Source: Actinomycetes bacterium (GTDB lineage: Bacteria > Actinomycetota > Actinomycetes > Actinomycetales > Cellulomonadaceae). From it: a stretch of DNA of 64,000 nucleotides. The translations under genes were made by a program, and so were the position numbers. Of this stretch, positions 54,453 through 63,874 are shown in pieces. Below the pieces are notes generated by a model. It did not search any database, was not told the origin of the DNA, and worked only from the letters and a program-made list of their open reading frames with translations. The stretch lies in NCBI GenBank assembly GCA_023428465.1, contig JAEYXM010000092.1:1911-65910 (forward strand), read 5' to 3'. Each line of letters begins with the position of its first letter. Position 1 is the first letter of the stretch.

Positions 54453-54700
54453 GGCATTGCTCCCGGACGGGCCGCGGTGGCAGCCGTGAAAAAGGCCTGG
54501 GATGAGCGTACGTCTCGCCGAGACACAACCCTTGGGACCAGGGTCGCGGACACGGGTGACGACCCCGACGTCGCGGGCCAGCTCGGCGAAGAGATCGGCC
54601 CGGCCGCGCGGGCCGGCGTGGTGGACGGCCGCTGAGCGCCCCGTCGGGTCACCCGGCCGACCTCTGGACAGCGGGGCCGGGCGAGGGGATCGTTTCGTCC

Positions 54701-54919
54701 ATGGGCGACGTCATCGCACTGCCCTTCCCGGGCGCGGTCGCGCTGCCGGACGTGCGTGGTGAGCACCGGGCGCTCCAGGTCACCTGGCACGAGCGCGACC
54801 GCGTGTTCGTCCTGAGCACGTGGCGGTCGGGCGCCTGCGTCTCGAGCGTTCACCTGTCCCGTGCTGCGGCGGCGCAGCTCGTCGCCACGATCGCGGACGG
54901 ACTGGCCGAGGGAGGTTGA
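54701..54919 (+). CDS. Small conserved hypothetical protein
   Basis: GAGGGG RBS. DVRGEHRALQVTWH...VFVLSTWR...C...L pattern recalled from small actinobacterial proteins. Confidence 0.65.
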   Translation: MGDVIALPFPGAVALPDVRGEHRALQVTWHERDRVFVLSTWRSGACVSSVHLSRAAAAQLVATIADGLAEGG

Positions 54920-55072
54920 CGGGTCTGCTCTGCGGGACGCGCGTCCCGGCGTCGGCGTGCGCTGTCGGCGTGCGCTGCAGGGTGGCCGTCGGTCGTCGGA
55001 CGGGAGCAGGGTGCGGGCCGGGTGACGGACCGTCGTGGCACCGCGGGCCGCTCGTGCGGTCGTCGTGCTAGG

Positions 55073-55149
55073 TGGTGCCCCGAGGGGGATTCGAACCCCC
55101 ACTGGATCGGGTTTGAGCCGAACGCCTCTGCCAGTTGGGCTATCGGGGC
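55073..55149 (-). tRNA. tRNA-Leu (CAA), 77 nt, CCA encoded, short variable loop
   Basis: Reverse complement GCCCCGATAGCCCAACTGGCAGAGGCGTTCGGCTCAAACCCGATCCAGTGGGGGTTCGAATCCCCCTCGGGGCACCA: 7-bp acceptor stem, TTCGAAT T-loop, anticodon CAA. Confidence 0.95.
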
Positions 55150-55207
55150 GAACCGGTCCATGGGCAGTGCGTCACTGCTGGCCCGGGTCGCCACTAGGCT
55201 AGCGCCC

Positions 55208-55894
55208 GTGACACAGGACGACGCCAAGCCCAGCACGCAGCCGGCCGCCGTGGAGTTGCCCACGGAGGCGGGCACCCCCGCACCCGAGGACACGCCCGCG
55301 GCGACCCGCGGCGCACCCGTCCGCCGCGCGCTCGTCGTGGAGGACGAGGCCCTCATCCGCATGGACGTGGTCGAGTCGCTGAAGGAGGGCGGCTTCGAGG
55401 TCGTCGGGGAGGCCGGTGACGGCGAGGCCGGCGTACGGCTCGCCCTCGAGCTCCGTCCGGACGTTGTGGTCATGGACGTGAAGATGCCCGTGATGGACGG
55501 CATCACGGCCGCGGAGAAGATCGTCAAGGAGCGGGCCGCGGCCGTCGTGCTCCTGACGGCGTTCTCGCAGAAGGAGCTCGTCGAGCGGGCCCGGGACGCC
55601 GGCGCCATGGCCTACGTCATCAAGCCCTTCAGTCCGGCGGACCTGCTGCCCGCGGTCGAGATCGCGATCTCCCGCTACAGCGAGATCACGGCCCTGGAGT
55701 CCGAGGTCGCGGACCTGGCCGAGCGCTTCGAGACGCGCAAGCGGGTCGATCGCGCCAAGGGCCTCCTCATGACGAAGATGGGGCTCACGGAGCCGGACGC
55801 GTTCCGGTGGATCCAGAAGACCTCGATGGACCGCCGGCTCACCATGCGCGAGGTGGCCGACGCGGTGATCGAGCAGGTCGGCGGCGCTTCCTGA
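55208..55894 (+). CDS. pdtaR: ANTAR-domain response regulator (PdtaR-like)
   Basis: Receiver (VVEDEALIR, VMDVKMP.MDG, LTAFSQ, KPF) plus ANTAR (RKRVDRAKGLLM...AFRWIQKTSMDRR). Divergent from tRNA-Leu. Confidence 0.92.
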   Translation: MTQDDAKPSTQPAAVELPTEAGTPAPEDTPAATRGAPVRRALVVEDEALIRMDVVESLKEGGFEVVGEAGDGEAGVRLALELRPDVVVMDVKMPVMDGITAAEKIVKERAAAVVLLTAFSQKELVERARDAGAMAYVIKPFSPADLLPAVEIAISRYSEITALESEVADLAERFETRKRVDRAKGLLMTKMGLTEPDAFRWIQKTSMDRRLTMREVADAVIEQVGGAS

Positions 55895-56120
55895 CGCACC
55901 CCGCGCGGGTCGGCCAGGGATCTTCCCGGCCGCCCGTCGACGCCGTCGAGCACCCGTTCTGACACCCCGTCAGGGGCCGGTTCGGCCTGCCCGAAATGCC
56001 CGGATCGTATGAATGTGTTCCTGTCCCTTCCGCTGCACGGCCGGGGCGGGCTATCGTCACCAGAGGTCCCCCCGCGAGTGGTTGATCGCGGCCCGTTTCG
56101 TCGCCGAAGGAGGCAGCCCC

Positions 56121-56783
56121 GTGCGTCCTGGCATCGAGGTCCGATCGATCCGACCGGCTGACGTGGACGCACTCGTGCAGTTGTGCCTCGCAGCGCGCCG
56201 CGAGACCTGGGCGGGGCCCCAGGTGTGCAGCGCGGACCCGGGGACCGTCGCCAGCCAGATCGGTGCGCTGGCCGGGATGCCCGGCGGCACGGTCCTCGTG
56301 GCCAGCGCGGACGGCGGGGTGGTGGGCGTCCTGCTCGCCCGCGTCATCGGGCCCAACGCCTTCACCGACGACGTCACGATGGTGATCGAGGCGGTCTACG
56401 TGGCGTCCGGCCACCGGCGCAAGGGCGTGGGCCACGCGCTCATGCAGGTCGTGACCGAGCTCGCGATCGTCGCGGGTGCCGATCAGGTCTTCGCTGCGCC
56501 CATCCCGGGCGCGCGGGGCATGCAGCGCTTCTTCGTCCGGCTGGGCTTCGTCCCGGCCGCCGCGCACCGCGTGATCGCCACCTCGGCCCTGCACCGCCGG
56601 CTCACAGCCGACTCCCAGAGCCGCACGGGTGCCCGCGCGGTCGAGGAGCTGATCGCCCGCCGGCGTCAGTCCCGGGCGGAGGTCGCCCCGGACCCCGAGA
56701 CCGCGCGCGGCTCGATCACCAGGCACGTGAGCCGGGCGGTGCACACCCGCCGGGCGCTGGAGTCCTCCACCACGATGTCGTAG
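56121..56783 (+). CDS. GNAT family N-acetyltransferase
   Basis: AAGGAGG RBS, IEAVYV...RRKGVGHALM acetyl-CoA motif, QRFFVRLGF. Confidence 0.85.
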   Translation: MRPGIEVRSIRPADVDALVQLCLAARRETWAGPQVCSADPGTVASQIGALAGMPGGTVLVASADGGVVGVLLARVIGPNAFTDDVTMVIEAVYVASGHRRKGVGHALMQVVTELAIVAGADQVFAAPIPGARGMQRFFVRLGFVPAAAHRVIATSALHRRLTADSQSRTGARAVEELIARRRQSRAEVAPDPETARGSITRHVSRAVHTRRALESSTTMS

Positions 56784-57133
56784 GTCGCCGTCGTCGACCC
56801 GAGGTGGACCGCGGTCGCGGTCCCGGTGACGAGGCCCTCGCGCACACCGCGATGGTGCGACGCGTTGACCTCGACCCCGACCGCCTGGCGGCCCTCGCCC
56901 GCGTGCAGCGCCGCGGCGTAGGAGCCCAGGGTCTCCGCGAGCGCCACCGATGCCCCGCCGTGGAGGAGCCCGTAGGGCTGCGTGTTGCCTGCCACAGGCA
57001 TGGTGCCGACGACGCGCGTCGGGGACGCCTCGAGCAGCTCGATGCCCAGGCGTTCGACGAGTCCACCCGCTCCCATGCTGCGCAGGGCCTCGAGGAACGC
57101 AGGGTCGGCGGGGCTCGGTCCGGTGTCGGTCAT
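56666..57133 (-). CDS. Hotdog-fold thioesterase (PaaI/MenI-like)
   Basis: MPVAGNTQPYGLLHGGASVALAETLGS, VGVEVNASHHR, CTARLTC. Confidence 0.93.
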   Translation of the reverse strand: MTDTGPSPADPAFLEALRSMGAGGLVERLGIELLEASPTRVVGTMPVAGNTQPYGLLHGGASVALAETLGSYAAALHAGEGRQAVGVEVNASHHRGVREGLVTGTATAVHLGSTTATYDIVVEDSSARRVCTARLTCLVIEPRAVSGSGATSARD

Positions 57134-57152
57134 GCCCACTAGGTTGGCACCC

Positions 57153-59837
57153 GTGACGGACACGGCGCGACCCCGACCCCTCCTGCTCCTGGTCGACGGG
57201 CACTCCATGGCCTACCGGGCGTTCTTCGCCCTGCCTGCGGAGAACTTCTCGACGTCGACAGGTCAGACGACCAACGCCGTCTACGGCTTCACGTCCATGC
57301 TGGCGAACCTGCTGCGCGACGAGGCGCCCACGCACGTCGGCGTGGCGTTCGACGTCGGTCGCACCACGTTCCGCACGGAGCAGTACCCCGCGTACAAGGC
57401 CACGCGGGACACGACGCCCCCGGAGTTCGTGGGCCAGGTGCCCCTCATCAAGGAGATCCTCGCGACGCTGCGGATCACCACGGTCGAGCGGGAGAACTAC
57501 GAGGCCGACGACGTGATCGCCACCCTCACGCGGCAGGCCGTCACCGCCGGGATGGACGTGCTCGTCTGCACCGGGGACCGGGACGCCCTCCAGCTCGTGG
57601 GAGACCAGGTGACGGTCCTGTACCCGCGCAAGGGCGTCTCGGACCTGGTCCGGTTCACGCCGGACGCGGTCGAGGAGAAGTACGGCGTCCCGCCGCAGCG
57701 CTACCCGGACCTCGCCGCGCTCGTCGGCGAGTCGAGCGACAACCTGCCGGGCGTGCCCGGCGTCGGGCCCAAGACGGCCGCCAAGTGGATCACGGCCTAC
57801 GGAGGGCTGGACGGGGTCCTGGCGGCTGCGGCGGGCATCACCGGCAAGGCGGGGGAGAGCCTGCGGGCCAACCTCGACCAGGTGCGGCTCAACCGCCAGC
57901 TCAACGCGGCGGTCGAGGACCTGGCCCTCGAGGTCGGCGTGGCGGACCTGGCGACCCGCGCGTGGGACCGCGAGGCCATGCACCGCGTGTTCGACGCGCT
58001 CGAGTTCCGGACGCTGCGCGAGCGGCTCCTCGCGATGGTCCCGGAGGATCGCGGTGAGGCGGAGGGCTTCGACCTGGAGGTGCTCGCCCTCCCGCGCGGA
58101 ACGCTCGGGGCCTGGCTGGCGGAGCGCTCGGGAGCGGTCCTCGCCCTGGACGTGAGCGGGCGAGGCACGCCGGCGCGCGGGGACGCGTGGGCCCTGGCGA
58201 TCGCCGACGCCGGTACGCAGGCCGTGACGGTGGACCTCACCGACATCGGCCCGGAGGACGAGGCGGCACTGGTCGCCTGGCTCGCCGACCCTGCCCGGCC
58301 CAAGTCCCTGCACGGCGCGAAGGATGCCTGGCACGCGCTGCAGGGCCGTGGTCTGGCGCTCGAGGGCGTCGTCTTCGACACGCTCGTTGCGTCGTACCTG
58401 TGCCACCCCGACCAGCGCTCCTACGACCTGGCGGATCTCGCGGTGCGACACCTGCACCGCGAGCTGCGTACCGCGGGCGACAGCGGCGGGGCGGCCCAGG
58501 GGGCGTTCGACCTCGACCTGGACGGCGGCGTCGACCGCACCGGCGGGATCCGGGCCGCCGCGGTCGCAGAGCTGACGGACGTGCTGGGCGCAGCCTTGGA
58601 CGACCGGGGCGCCCGGCACCTGCTCGACGACGTCGAGCTCCCGCTGGTGAGCGTCCTGGCGGAGATGGAGCGCACGGGGATCGCGGCCGACGTCGAGCGG
58701 CTCGCCGACCTCGAGCGCGACTTCGCCGCAGCAGTGACCGACGCCGCGTCGGAGGCGTACGCGGTGATCGGACGCGACGTGAACCTGGGCTCGCCCAAGC
58801 AGCTCCAGGAGATCCTCTTCGACCAGCTCGGCATGCCGAAGACGAAGAAGATCAAGACGGGGTACACGACGGACGCGGCCGCGCTCACCGAGCTCTTCGA
58901 GCGCACCCAGCACCCGTTCCTGGCGCACCTGCTCGCGCACCGTGACGCGTCGCGGCTGCGTCAGACGGTGGAGGGTCTGCTGCGCTCGGTGGCCACGGAC
59001 GGCCGGATCCACACGACGTACCTGCAGACCATCGCCGCGACTGGCCGGATCTCCTCGACCGAGCCGAACCTGCAGAACATCCCCATCCGCACGGAGGCCG
59101 GGCGACGGATCCGCGAGGCGTTCGTCGTCGGGCAGGGCTTCGAGACGCTGCTGACGGCGGACTACAGCCAGATCGAGATGCGCATCATGGCGCACCTGTC
59201 GGGCGACGCGGGCCTCATCGAGGCGTTCCGGTCGGGCGAGGACCTGCACTCGTACGTGGCCTCGCGGGTGTTCGGCGTGGCGACGGATGCGGTGACACCC
59301 GCGATGCGCTCCAAGATCAAGGCGATGTCCTACGGCCTGGCGTACGGGCTGTCCTCGTTCGGCCTGTCGAAGCAGCTGAGCATCTCCGTGGGTGAGGCGT
59401 CCGAGCTCATGGACGACTACTTCGCGCGCTTCGGCGGCGTGCGGACCTACCTCGCGGGTGTCGTCGACGAGGCACGGCGCACCGGGTACACCGCAACCAT
59501 CCTCGGGCGCCGCCGCTACCTGCCGGACCTGACGAGCGACAACCGGCAGCGCCGCGACATGGCGGAGCGCATGGCCCTCAATGCCCCGATCCAGGGCAGC
59601 GCAGCCGACCTCATCAAGGTGGCGATGCTCGGGGTCGCACGCGGTCTCCGGGACGGCGGTCTGCGCTCCCGCATGCTGCTCCAGGTCCACGACGAGCTCG
59701 TGCTCGAGGTCGCACCGGGGGAGCGGGATGCCGTCGAGACGCTCGTGCGGTCGGAGATGGCGTCCGCGGGTGACCTGGCCGTCCCGTTGGACGTCTCGGT
59801 CGGGACGGGTCGCAGCTGGCACGACGCCGGGCACTGA
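57153..59837 (+). CDS. polA: DNA polymerase I
   Basis: 5'-3' exonuclease (LVDGHSMAYRAFF, YEADDVI, SDNLPGVPGVGPKTA) and polymerase motifs (ADYSQIEMR, KAMSYGLAYG, LQVHDEL). The 3'-5' exo motif appears degenerate. Confidence 0.98.
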   Translation: MTDTARPRPLLLLVDGHSMAYRAFFALPAENFSTSTGQTTNAVYGFTSMLANLLRDEAPTHVGVAFDVGRTTFRTEQYPAYKATRDTTPPEFVGQVPLIKEILATLRITTVERENYEADDVIATLTRQAVTAGMDVLVCTGDRDALQLVGDQVTVLYPRKGVSDLVRFTPDAVEEKYGVPPQRYPDLAALVGESSDNLPGVPGVGPKTAAKWITAYGGLDGVLAAAAGITGKAGESLRANLDQVRLNRQLNAAVEDLALEVGVADLATRAWDREAMHRVFDALEFRTLRERLLAMVPEDRGEAEGFDLEVLALPRGTLGAWLAERSGAVLALDVSGRGTPARGDAWALAIADAGTQAVTVDLTDIGPEDEAALVAWLADPARPKSLHGAKDAWHALQGRGLALEGVVFDTLVASYLCHPDQRSYDLADLAVRHLHRELRTAGDSGGAAQGAFDLDLDGGVDRTGGIRAAAVAELTDVLGAALDDRGARHLLDDVELPLVSVLAEMERTGIAADVERLADLERDFAAAVTDAASEAYAVIGRDVNLGSPKQLQEILFDQLGMPKTKKIKTGYTTDAAALTELFERTQHPFLAHLLAHRDASRLRQTVEGLLRSVATDGRIHTTYLQTIAATGRISSTEPNLQNIPIRTEAGRRIREAFVVGQGFETLLTADYSQIEMRIMAHLSGDAGLIEAFRSGEDLHSYVASRVFGVATDAVTPAMRSKIKAMSYGLAYGLSSFGLSKQLSISVGEASELMDDYFARFGGVRTYLAGVVDEARRTGYTATILGRRRYLPDLTSDNRQRRDMAERMALNAPIQGSAADLIKVAMLGVARGLRDGGLRSRMLLQVHDELVLEVAPGERDAVETLVRSEMASAGDLAVPLDVSVGTGRSWHDAGH

Positions 59838-59896
59838 CCGCTCGGGCACCGGCGGATCGGTACCTAGTCGGAGACCGCCCGGGGGACCCTCCCCGT

Positions 59897-60760
59897 TCAG
59901 GCCGCCCGCGGGTCCAGGCGGCAGACGAAGATCGCCGTGCTAGGCAGGGACGCCCCGCGCACCGGGCCCCAGCCGCCCCACACCCGGTCGTGCCCGGCGG
60001 GCCACTCCGGCTCGATCAGAGCGAGCAGGTGGAACCCGGCAGCGGTCAGGTCCGCGACGTGGTCGCCGACCGTGCGGTGGTGCTCGGCGTAGGTGAGGCG
60101 ACCGGCGTCGTCGGTCTCGACGTAGGGGCGGCGGTCGAAGTACGAGCGGGTGGCGCGCAGGCCGGCCTCGGACGGGTCGTCCGGGAAGGCCCAGCGCAGG
60201 GGGTGCGTGACGGAGAAGACCCACCGTCCGCCGGGCACGAGCACGCGCGCGACCTCGCGGTGCACGGCCGCGGCGTCGGCGACGAACGGCAGAGCCCCGA
60301 AGGAGGTGAAGACGACGTCGAACGACCCGCGGGCGAAGGGCAGGGCCCGCGCGTCGGCCTGCACGACGGGGACACGGGTGTGCAGGCGTGCGTCGATGCG
60401 CCTCGCCTGCTCGAGCATCCCGGCCGAGACGTCGGTCGCCACGACGTCGGCGCCGTTGCCCGCGAGCCAGCGGGCGCACTGGGCCGCGCCCGCGCCGACC
60501 TCGAGCACACGGCGCCCGGCGACGTCGCCGAGCAACCGCGCGTCGGACTCCCGCAGCCCCTCCGGGCACCAGCAGAAGTCGGCGTCGCCGAGGAACTCCC
60601 CGTGCTCGGCGACGTACTGGGCGGCGTTCTGGTCCCACCAGGTGTGCCCCGCGTCCACGCCGGGCGGGAGGTCGCGGTAGCCGGCGAACGCCTGCCCGGC
60701 CTCGTACGCGCCGTCCTGCGCGGCGCCGTCGACGGCGTCGAGGCTCTCGTCGCGGCTCAT
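59897..60760 (-). CDS. Class I SAM-dependent methyltransferase
   Basis: WCPEGLRE, VLEVGAGAAQCARW, QADARALPF..SFDVVF, RVLVPGG. GGAGGAG RBS. Confidence 0.92.
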   Translation of the reverse strand: MSRDESLDAVDGAAQDGAYEAGQAFAGYRDLPPGVDAGHTWWDQNAAQYVAEHGEFLGDADFCWCPEGLRESDARLLGDVAGRRVLEVGAGAAQCARWLAGNGADVVATDVSAGMLEQARRIDARLHTRVPVVQADARALPFARGSFDVVFTSFGALPFVADAAAVHREVARVLVPGGRWVFSVTHPLRWAFPDDPSEAGLRATRSYFDRRPYVETDDAGRLTYAEHHRTVGDHVADLTAAGFHLLALIEPEWPAGHDRVWGGWGPVRGASLPSTAIFVCRLDPRAA

Positions 60761-60934
60761 CGGACTCCTCCCGGGCGCGCCCGCGCCGCGGCAGCCGGTG
60801 CGGGACGCTGCCATCCTCCCAGGCCGACGCGGCCGGCCCAGCAGCGAATGGTCGCCCCCGGTCCTAGGCGCTCTCGCTTAGGGTGGGCCCCGGAACGCGG
60901 CTCAGCCCGCCGCGAGCATCACGAAGGAGAGCAC

Positions 60935-61960
60935 GTGCGCATCGGACTTCTCACGGGTGGCGGCGACTGCCCCGGCCTCAACGCGGCGATCCGCGCCGTC
61001 GTCAAGCACGGCGTCGGCACGCACGGGCACACGATCATCGGCTTCCGGAACGGCTGGAAGGGCGTGGTGGACGGCGACGTCTTCCCGCTCGAGCGCCAGC
61101 ACATCCGCAACGTGCTGCCCGTGGGCGGCACGCTGCTCGGCACGGCGCGCTTCCACCCGCACAAGAACGAGGGTGGTCTCGAGGCGGTTCTGGCGACACT
61201 CGAGGCGGAGCGCATCGACGCCCTCATCTGCATCGGTGGCGACGGCACGCTGCACGCCGCGAGCAAGGTCGCCGAGGCCGGCGTCGGCGTCGTGGCGATC
61301 CCGAAGACCATCGACAACGACGTCGAGGGGACGGACCTGTCGATCGGCTTCCACACCGCGGTGAACATCGCGACGGAGGCGATCGACCGGGTGCACACCA
61401 CGGCCGAGAGCCACAACCGCGTCATGGTCGTGGAGGTCATGGGCCGGCACTCGGGCTGGATCGCCGTCAACGCCGGCATCGCGGGCGGCGCCGAGATCGT
61501 CCTCACGCCGGAGGAGCCGTTCGACATCGAGCAGGTCGTCAAGTACCTGCGCCACCGACACCGCGCCCACGCCTCGTTCTCCATCGTCGTGGTCGCCGAG
61601 GGTGCCCTGCCGCGCGAGGGCAGCGGCATGGACTACACGACCCAGGTCGGCCCGTTCGGGGAGATCGTCGCGGGCGCGATCAGCGAGGTCGTGGCACGCG
61701 AGATCGAGCAGCGGACGGGGTTCGAGACGCGTGTGACGATCCTCGGCCACGTCCAGCGGGGCGGGTCGCCGACCCCGACCGACCGCATCCTCGGCAGCCG
61801 CTTCGGCGTGGCGGCCATGGACGCCGTCTCGGCGGGGGAGACGGGTGTGATGACGGCACTGCGCGGCGAGCAGGTCGTCACCGTGCCGCTCGCCGACATC
61901 GCGGGCAAGGTGAAGATGGTGCCGGCCGACCTGCTGCGCGCGGCGCGCGTGCTCGCGTAA
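60935..61960 (+). CDS. pfkA: 6-phosphofructokinase (actinobacterial type, probably ATP-dependent)
   Basis: LTGGGDCPGLNAAIR, GGTLLGTAR, IGGDGT, PKTIDND, EVMGRH, LGHVQRGG. Confidence 0.95.
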   Translation: MRIGLLTGGGDCPGLNAAIRAVVKHGVGTHGHTIIGFRNGWKGVVDGDVFPLERQHIRNVLPVGGTLLGTARFHPHKNEGGLEAVLATLEAERIDALICIGGDGTLHAASKVAEAGVGVVAIPKTIDNDVEGTDLSIGFHTAVNIATEAIDRVHTTAESHNRVMVVEVMGRHSGWIAVNAGIAGGAEIVLTPEEPFDIEQVVKYLRHRHRAHASFSIVVVAEGALPREGSGMDYTTQVGPFGEIVAGAISEVVAREIEQRTGFETRVTILGHVQRGGSPTPTDRILGSRFGVAAMDAVSAGETGVMTALRGEQVVTVPLADIAGKVKMVPADLLRAARVLA

Positions 61961-62228
61961 CCGACGACGGTCGTTTCCGTCGGCTTTGACCGTCGCTTCC
62001 GGCGGCGCCTAGGATGGTCGGCGGTGTAGCACGTCTCGCGTCAGGCTGGTACGCGTGAACACGCATGGATCTTCCATGGGTACCCACGTGTCCGGCTCCG
62101 GGCTCGGGCCTCCGCCGTGCCGACCCGGGCCGACGGCCCTGTGGCCGGCCCAGGGCTGCACCGCGATCCACCTCGCACCACCCACCCTGTCCGCACTACT
62201 CCCTGTCCGCATCGGAGCTCACACCTCA

Positions 62229-63713
62229 ATGACCATCTCCACCACCCGGCCGGCTGCGCCGCAGGTCGCGATCAACGACATCGGCTCGAGCGAGGACCTG
62301 CTCGCCGCCATCGACGCGACCATCAAGTACTTCAACGACGGCGACATCGTCGAGGGCATCATCGTCAAGGTCGACCGCGACGAGGTCCTGCTCGACATCG
62401 GCTACAAGACGGAGGGTGTCATCCCCTCCCGCGAGCTCTCGATCAAGCACGACATCGACCCTGACGAGGTCGTCAAGGTCGGCGACGCCGTCGAGGCCCT
62501 GGTCCTTCAGAAGGAGGACAAGGAAGGCCGCCTGATCCTGTCCAAGAAGCGCGCCCAGTACGAGCGCGCCTGGGGCACGATCGAGAAGATCAAGGAGGAG
62601 GACGGCGTCGTCACCGGCACCGTCATCGAGGTCGTCAAGGGTGGCCTCATCCTCGACATCGGCCTGCGTGGCTTCCTCCCCGCGTCGCTCGTGGAGATGC
62701 GTCGCGTCCGCGACCTCCAGCCGTACGTCGGCAAGGAGATCGAGGCGAAGATCATCGAGCTCGACAAGAACCGCAACAACGTCGTCCTGTCGCGTCGTGC
62801 GTGGCTCGAGCAGACGCAGTCCGAGGTCCGCTCCACCTTCCTGCAGACGCTGCAGAAGGGTCAGGTCCGTCCGGGCGTCGTGTCCTCGATCGTCAACTTC
62901 GGTGCGTTCGTGGACCTCGGCGGCGTCGACGGTCTCGTGCACGTCTCCGAGCTGTCCTGGAAGCACATCGACCACCCGTCCGAGGTCGTCGAGGTGGGCC
63001 AGGAGGTCGAGGTCGAGGTCCTGGACGTCGACCTGGACCGCGAGCGGGTCTCGCTGTCGCTGAAGGCGACGCAGGAGGACCCGTGGCGTCAGTTCGCCCG
63101 CACCCACGCGATCCAGCAGATCGTGCCGGGTAAGGTCACCAAGCTGGTGCCGTTCGGCGCGTTCGTCCGGGTGGACGACGGCATCGAGGGCCTGGTCCAC
63201 ATCTCCGAGCTGGCCGAGCGCCACGTGGAGATCCCGGAGCAGGTCGTGCAGGTCGGCTCCGAGGTCATGGTCAAGGTCATCGACATCGACCTGGAGCGCC
63301 GCCGGATCTCGCTGTCGCTCAAGCAGGCCAACGAGGGCTTCGTCGAGGGCGAGGAGCACTTCGACCCGACCCTCTACGGCATGGCCGCGACCTACGACGA
63401 GCAGGGCAACTACATCTACCCGGAGGGCTTCGACCCGGAGACGGGCGAGTGGCTCGAGGGCTACGACAAGCAGCGCGAGACCTGGGAGCAGCAGTACGCC
63501 GAGGCACGTCAGCGCTGGGAGGCCCACACCAAGCAGGTGCAGACCTCCCGCGCCGCCGACGCCGAGGCCGCTGCCAACCCGGCTCCGCCCGCCACCAGCG
63601 GCACCACCACCTCGACCTCGGCCCCGAGCCGTCAGGCCGAGGAGCCGGCCGGCACGCTCGCGACCGACGAGGCGCTCGCCGCGCTGCGGGAGAAGCTCGC
63701 CGGCGGCAAGTGA
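62229..63713 (+). CDS. rpsA: 30S ribosomal protein S1 (four S1 domains, actinobacterial type)
   Basis: DIGYKTEGVIP, GLRGFLPAS, FGAFVDLGGVDGLVHVSELSW, GIEGLVHISEL, DEALAALREKL. Confidence 0.98.
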   Translation: MTISTTRPAAPQVAINDIGSSEDLLAAIDATIKYFNDGDIVEGIIVKVDRDEVLLDIGYKTEGVIPSRELSIKHDIDPDEVVKVGDAVEALVLQKEDKEGRLILSKKRAQYERAWGTIEKIKEEDGVVTGTVIEVVKGGLILDIGLRGFLPASLVEMRRVRDLQPYVGKEIEAKIIELDKNRNNVVLSRRAWLEQTQSEVRSTFLQTLQKGQVRPGVVSSIVNFGAFVDLGGVDGLVHVSELSWKHIDHPSEVVEVGQEVEVEVLDVDLDRERVSLSLKATQEDPWRQFARTHAIQQIVPGKVTKLVPFGAFVRVDDGIEGLVHISELAERHVEIPEQVVQVGSEVMVKVIDIDLERRRISLSLKQANEGFVEGEEHFDPTLYGMAATYDEQGNYIYPEGFDPETGEWLEGYDKQRETWEQQYAEARQRWEAHTKQVQTSRAADAEAAANPAPPATSGTTTSTSAPSRQAEEPAGTLATDEALAALREKLAGGK

Positions 63714-63764
63714 CCGGACGCTGACGCCTGCTCGTCCCACCGGACGAGCCGGCGACCGCCTCTG

Positions 63765-63825
63765 ACGACGGGCCCCGTCCCCGCGTTCCGCACCAGCGGA
63801 GCGCCGGGGGCGGGGCCCGCGTCGT
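63765..63825 (+). terminator. Long GC-rich hairpin after rpsA
   Basis: acgacgggccccgtccccg...cgggggcggggcccgcgtcgt imperfect inverted repeat. No clear U-tract. Confidence 0.6.
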
Positions 63826-63874
63826 GTGCCGGGACGGTTTGGCATGTGGACGAGCGATCCGGTTGACTGTCCGG

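Noticed and set aside
52468..55149. Integrative element at tRNA-Leu
   Set aside because: No integrase, and no duplicated tRNA 3' end (att) could be seen.
60935..61960. PPi-dependent phosphofructokinase
   Set aside because: GGDGT has Gly rather than Asp at the specificity position, which favours ATP use despite the PKTIDND motif.
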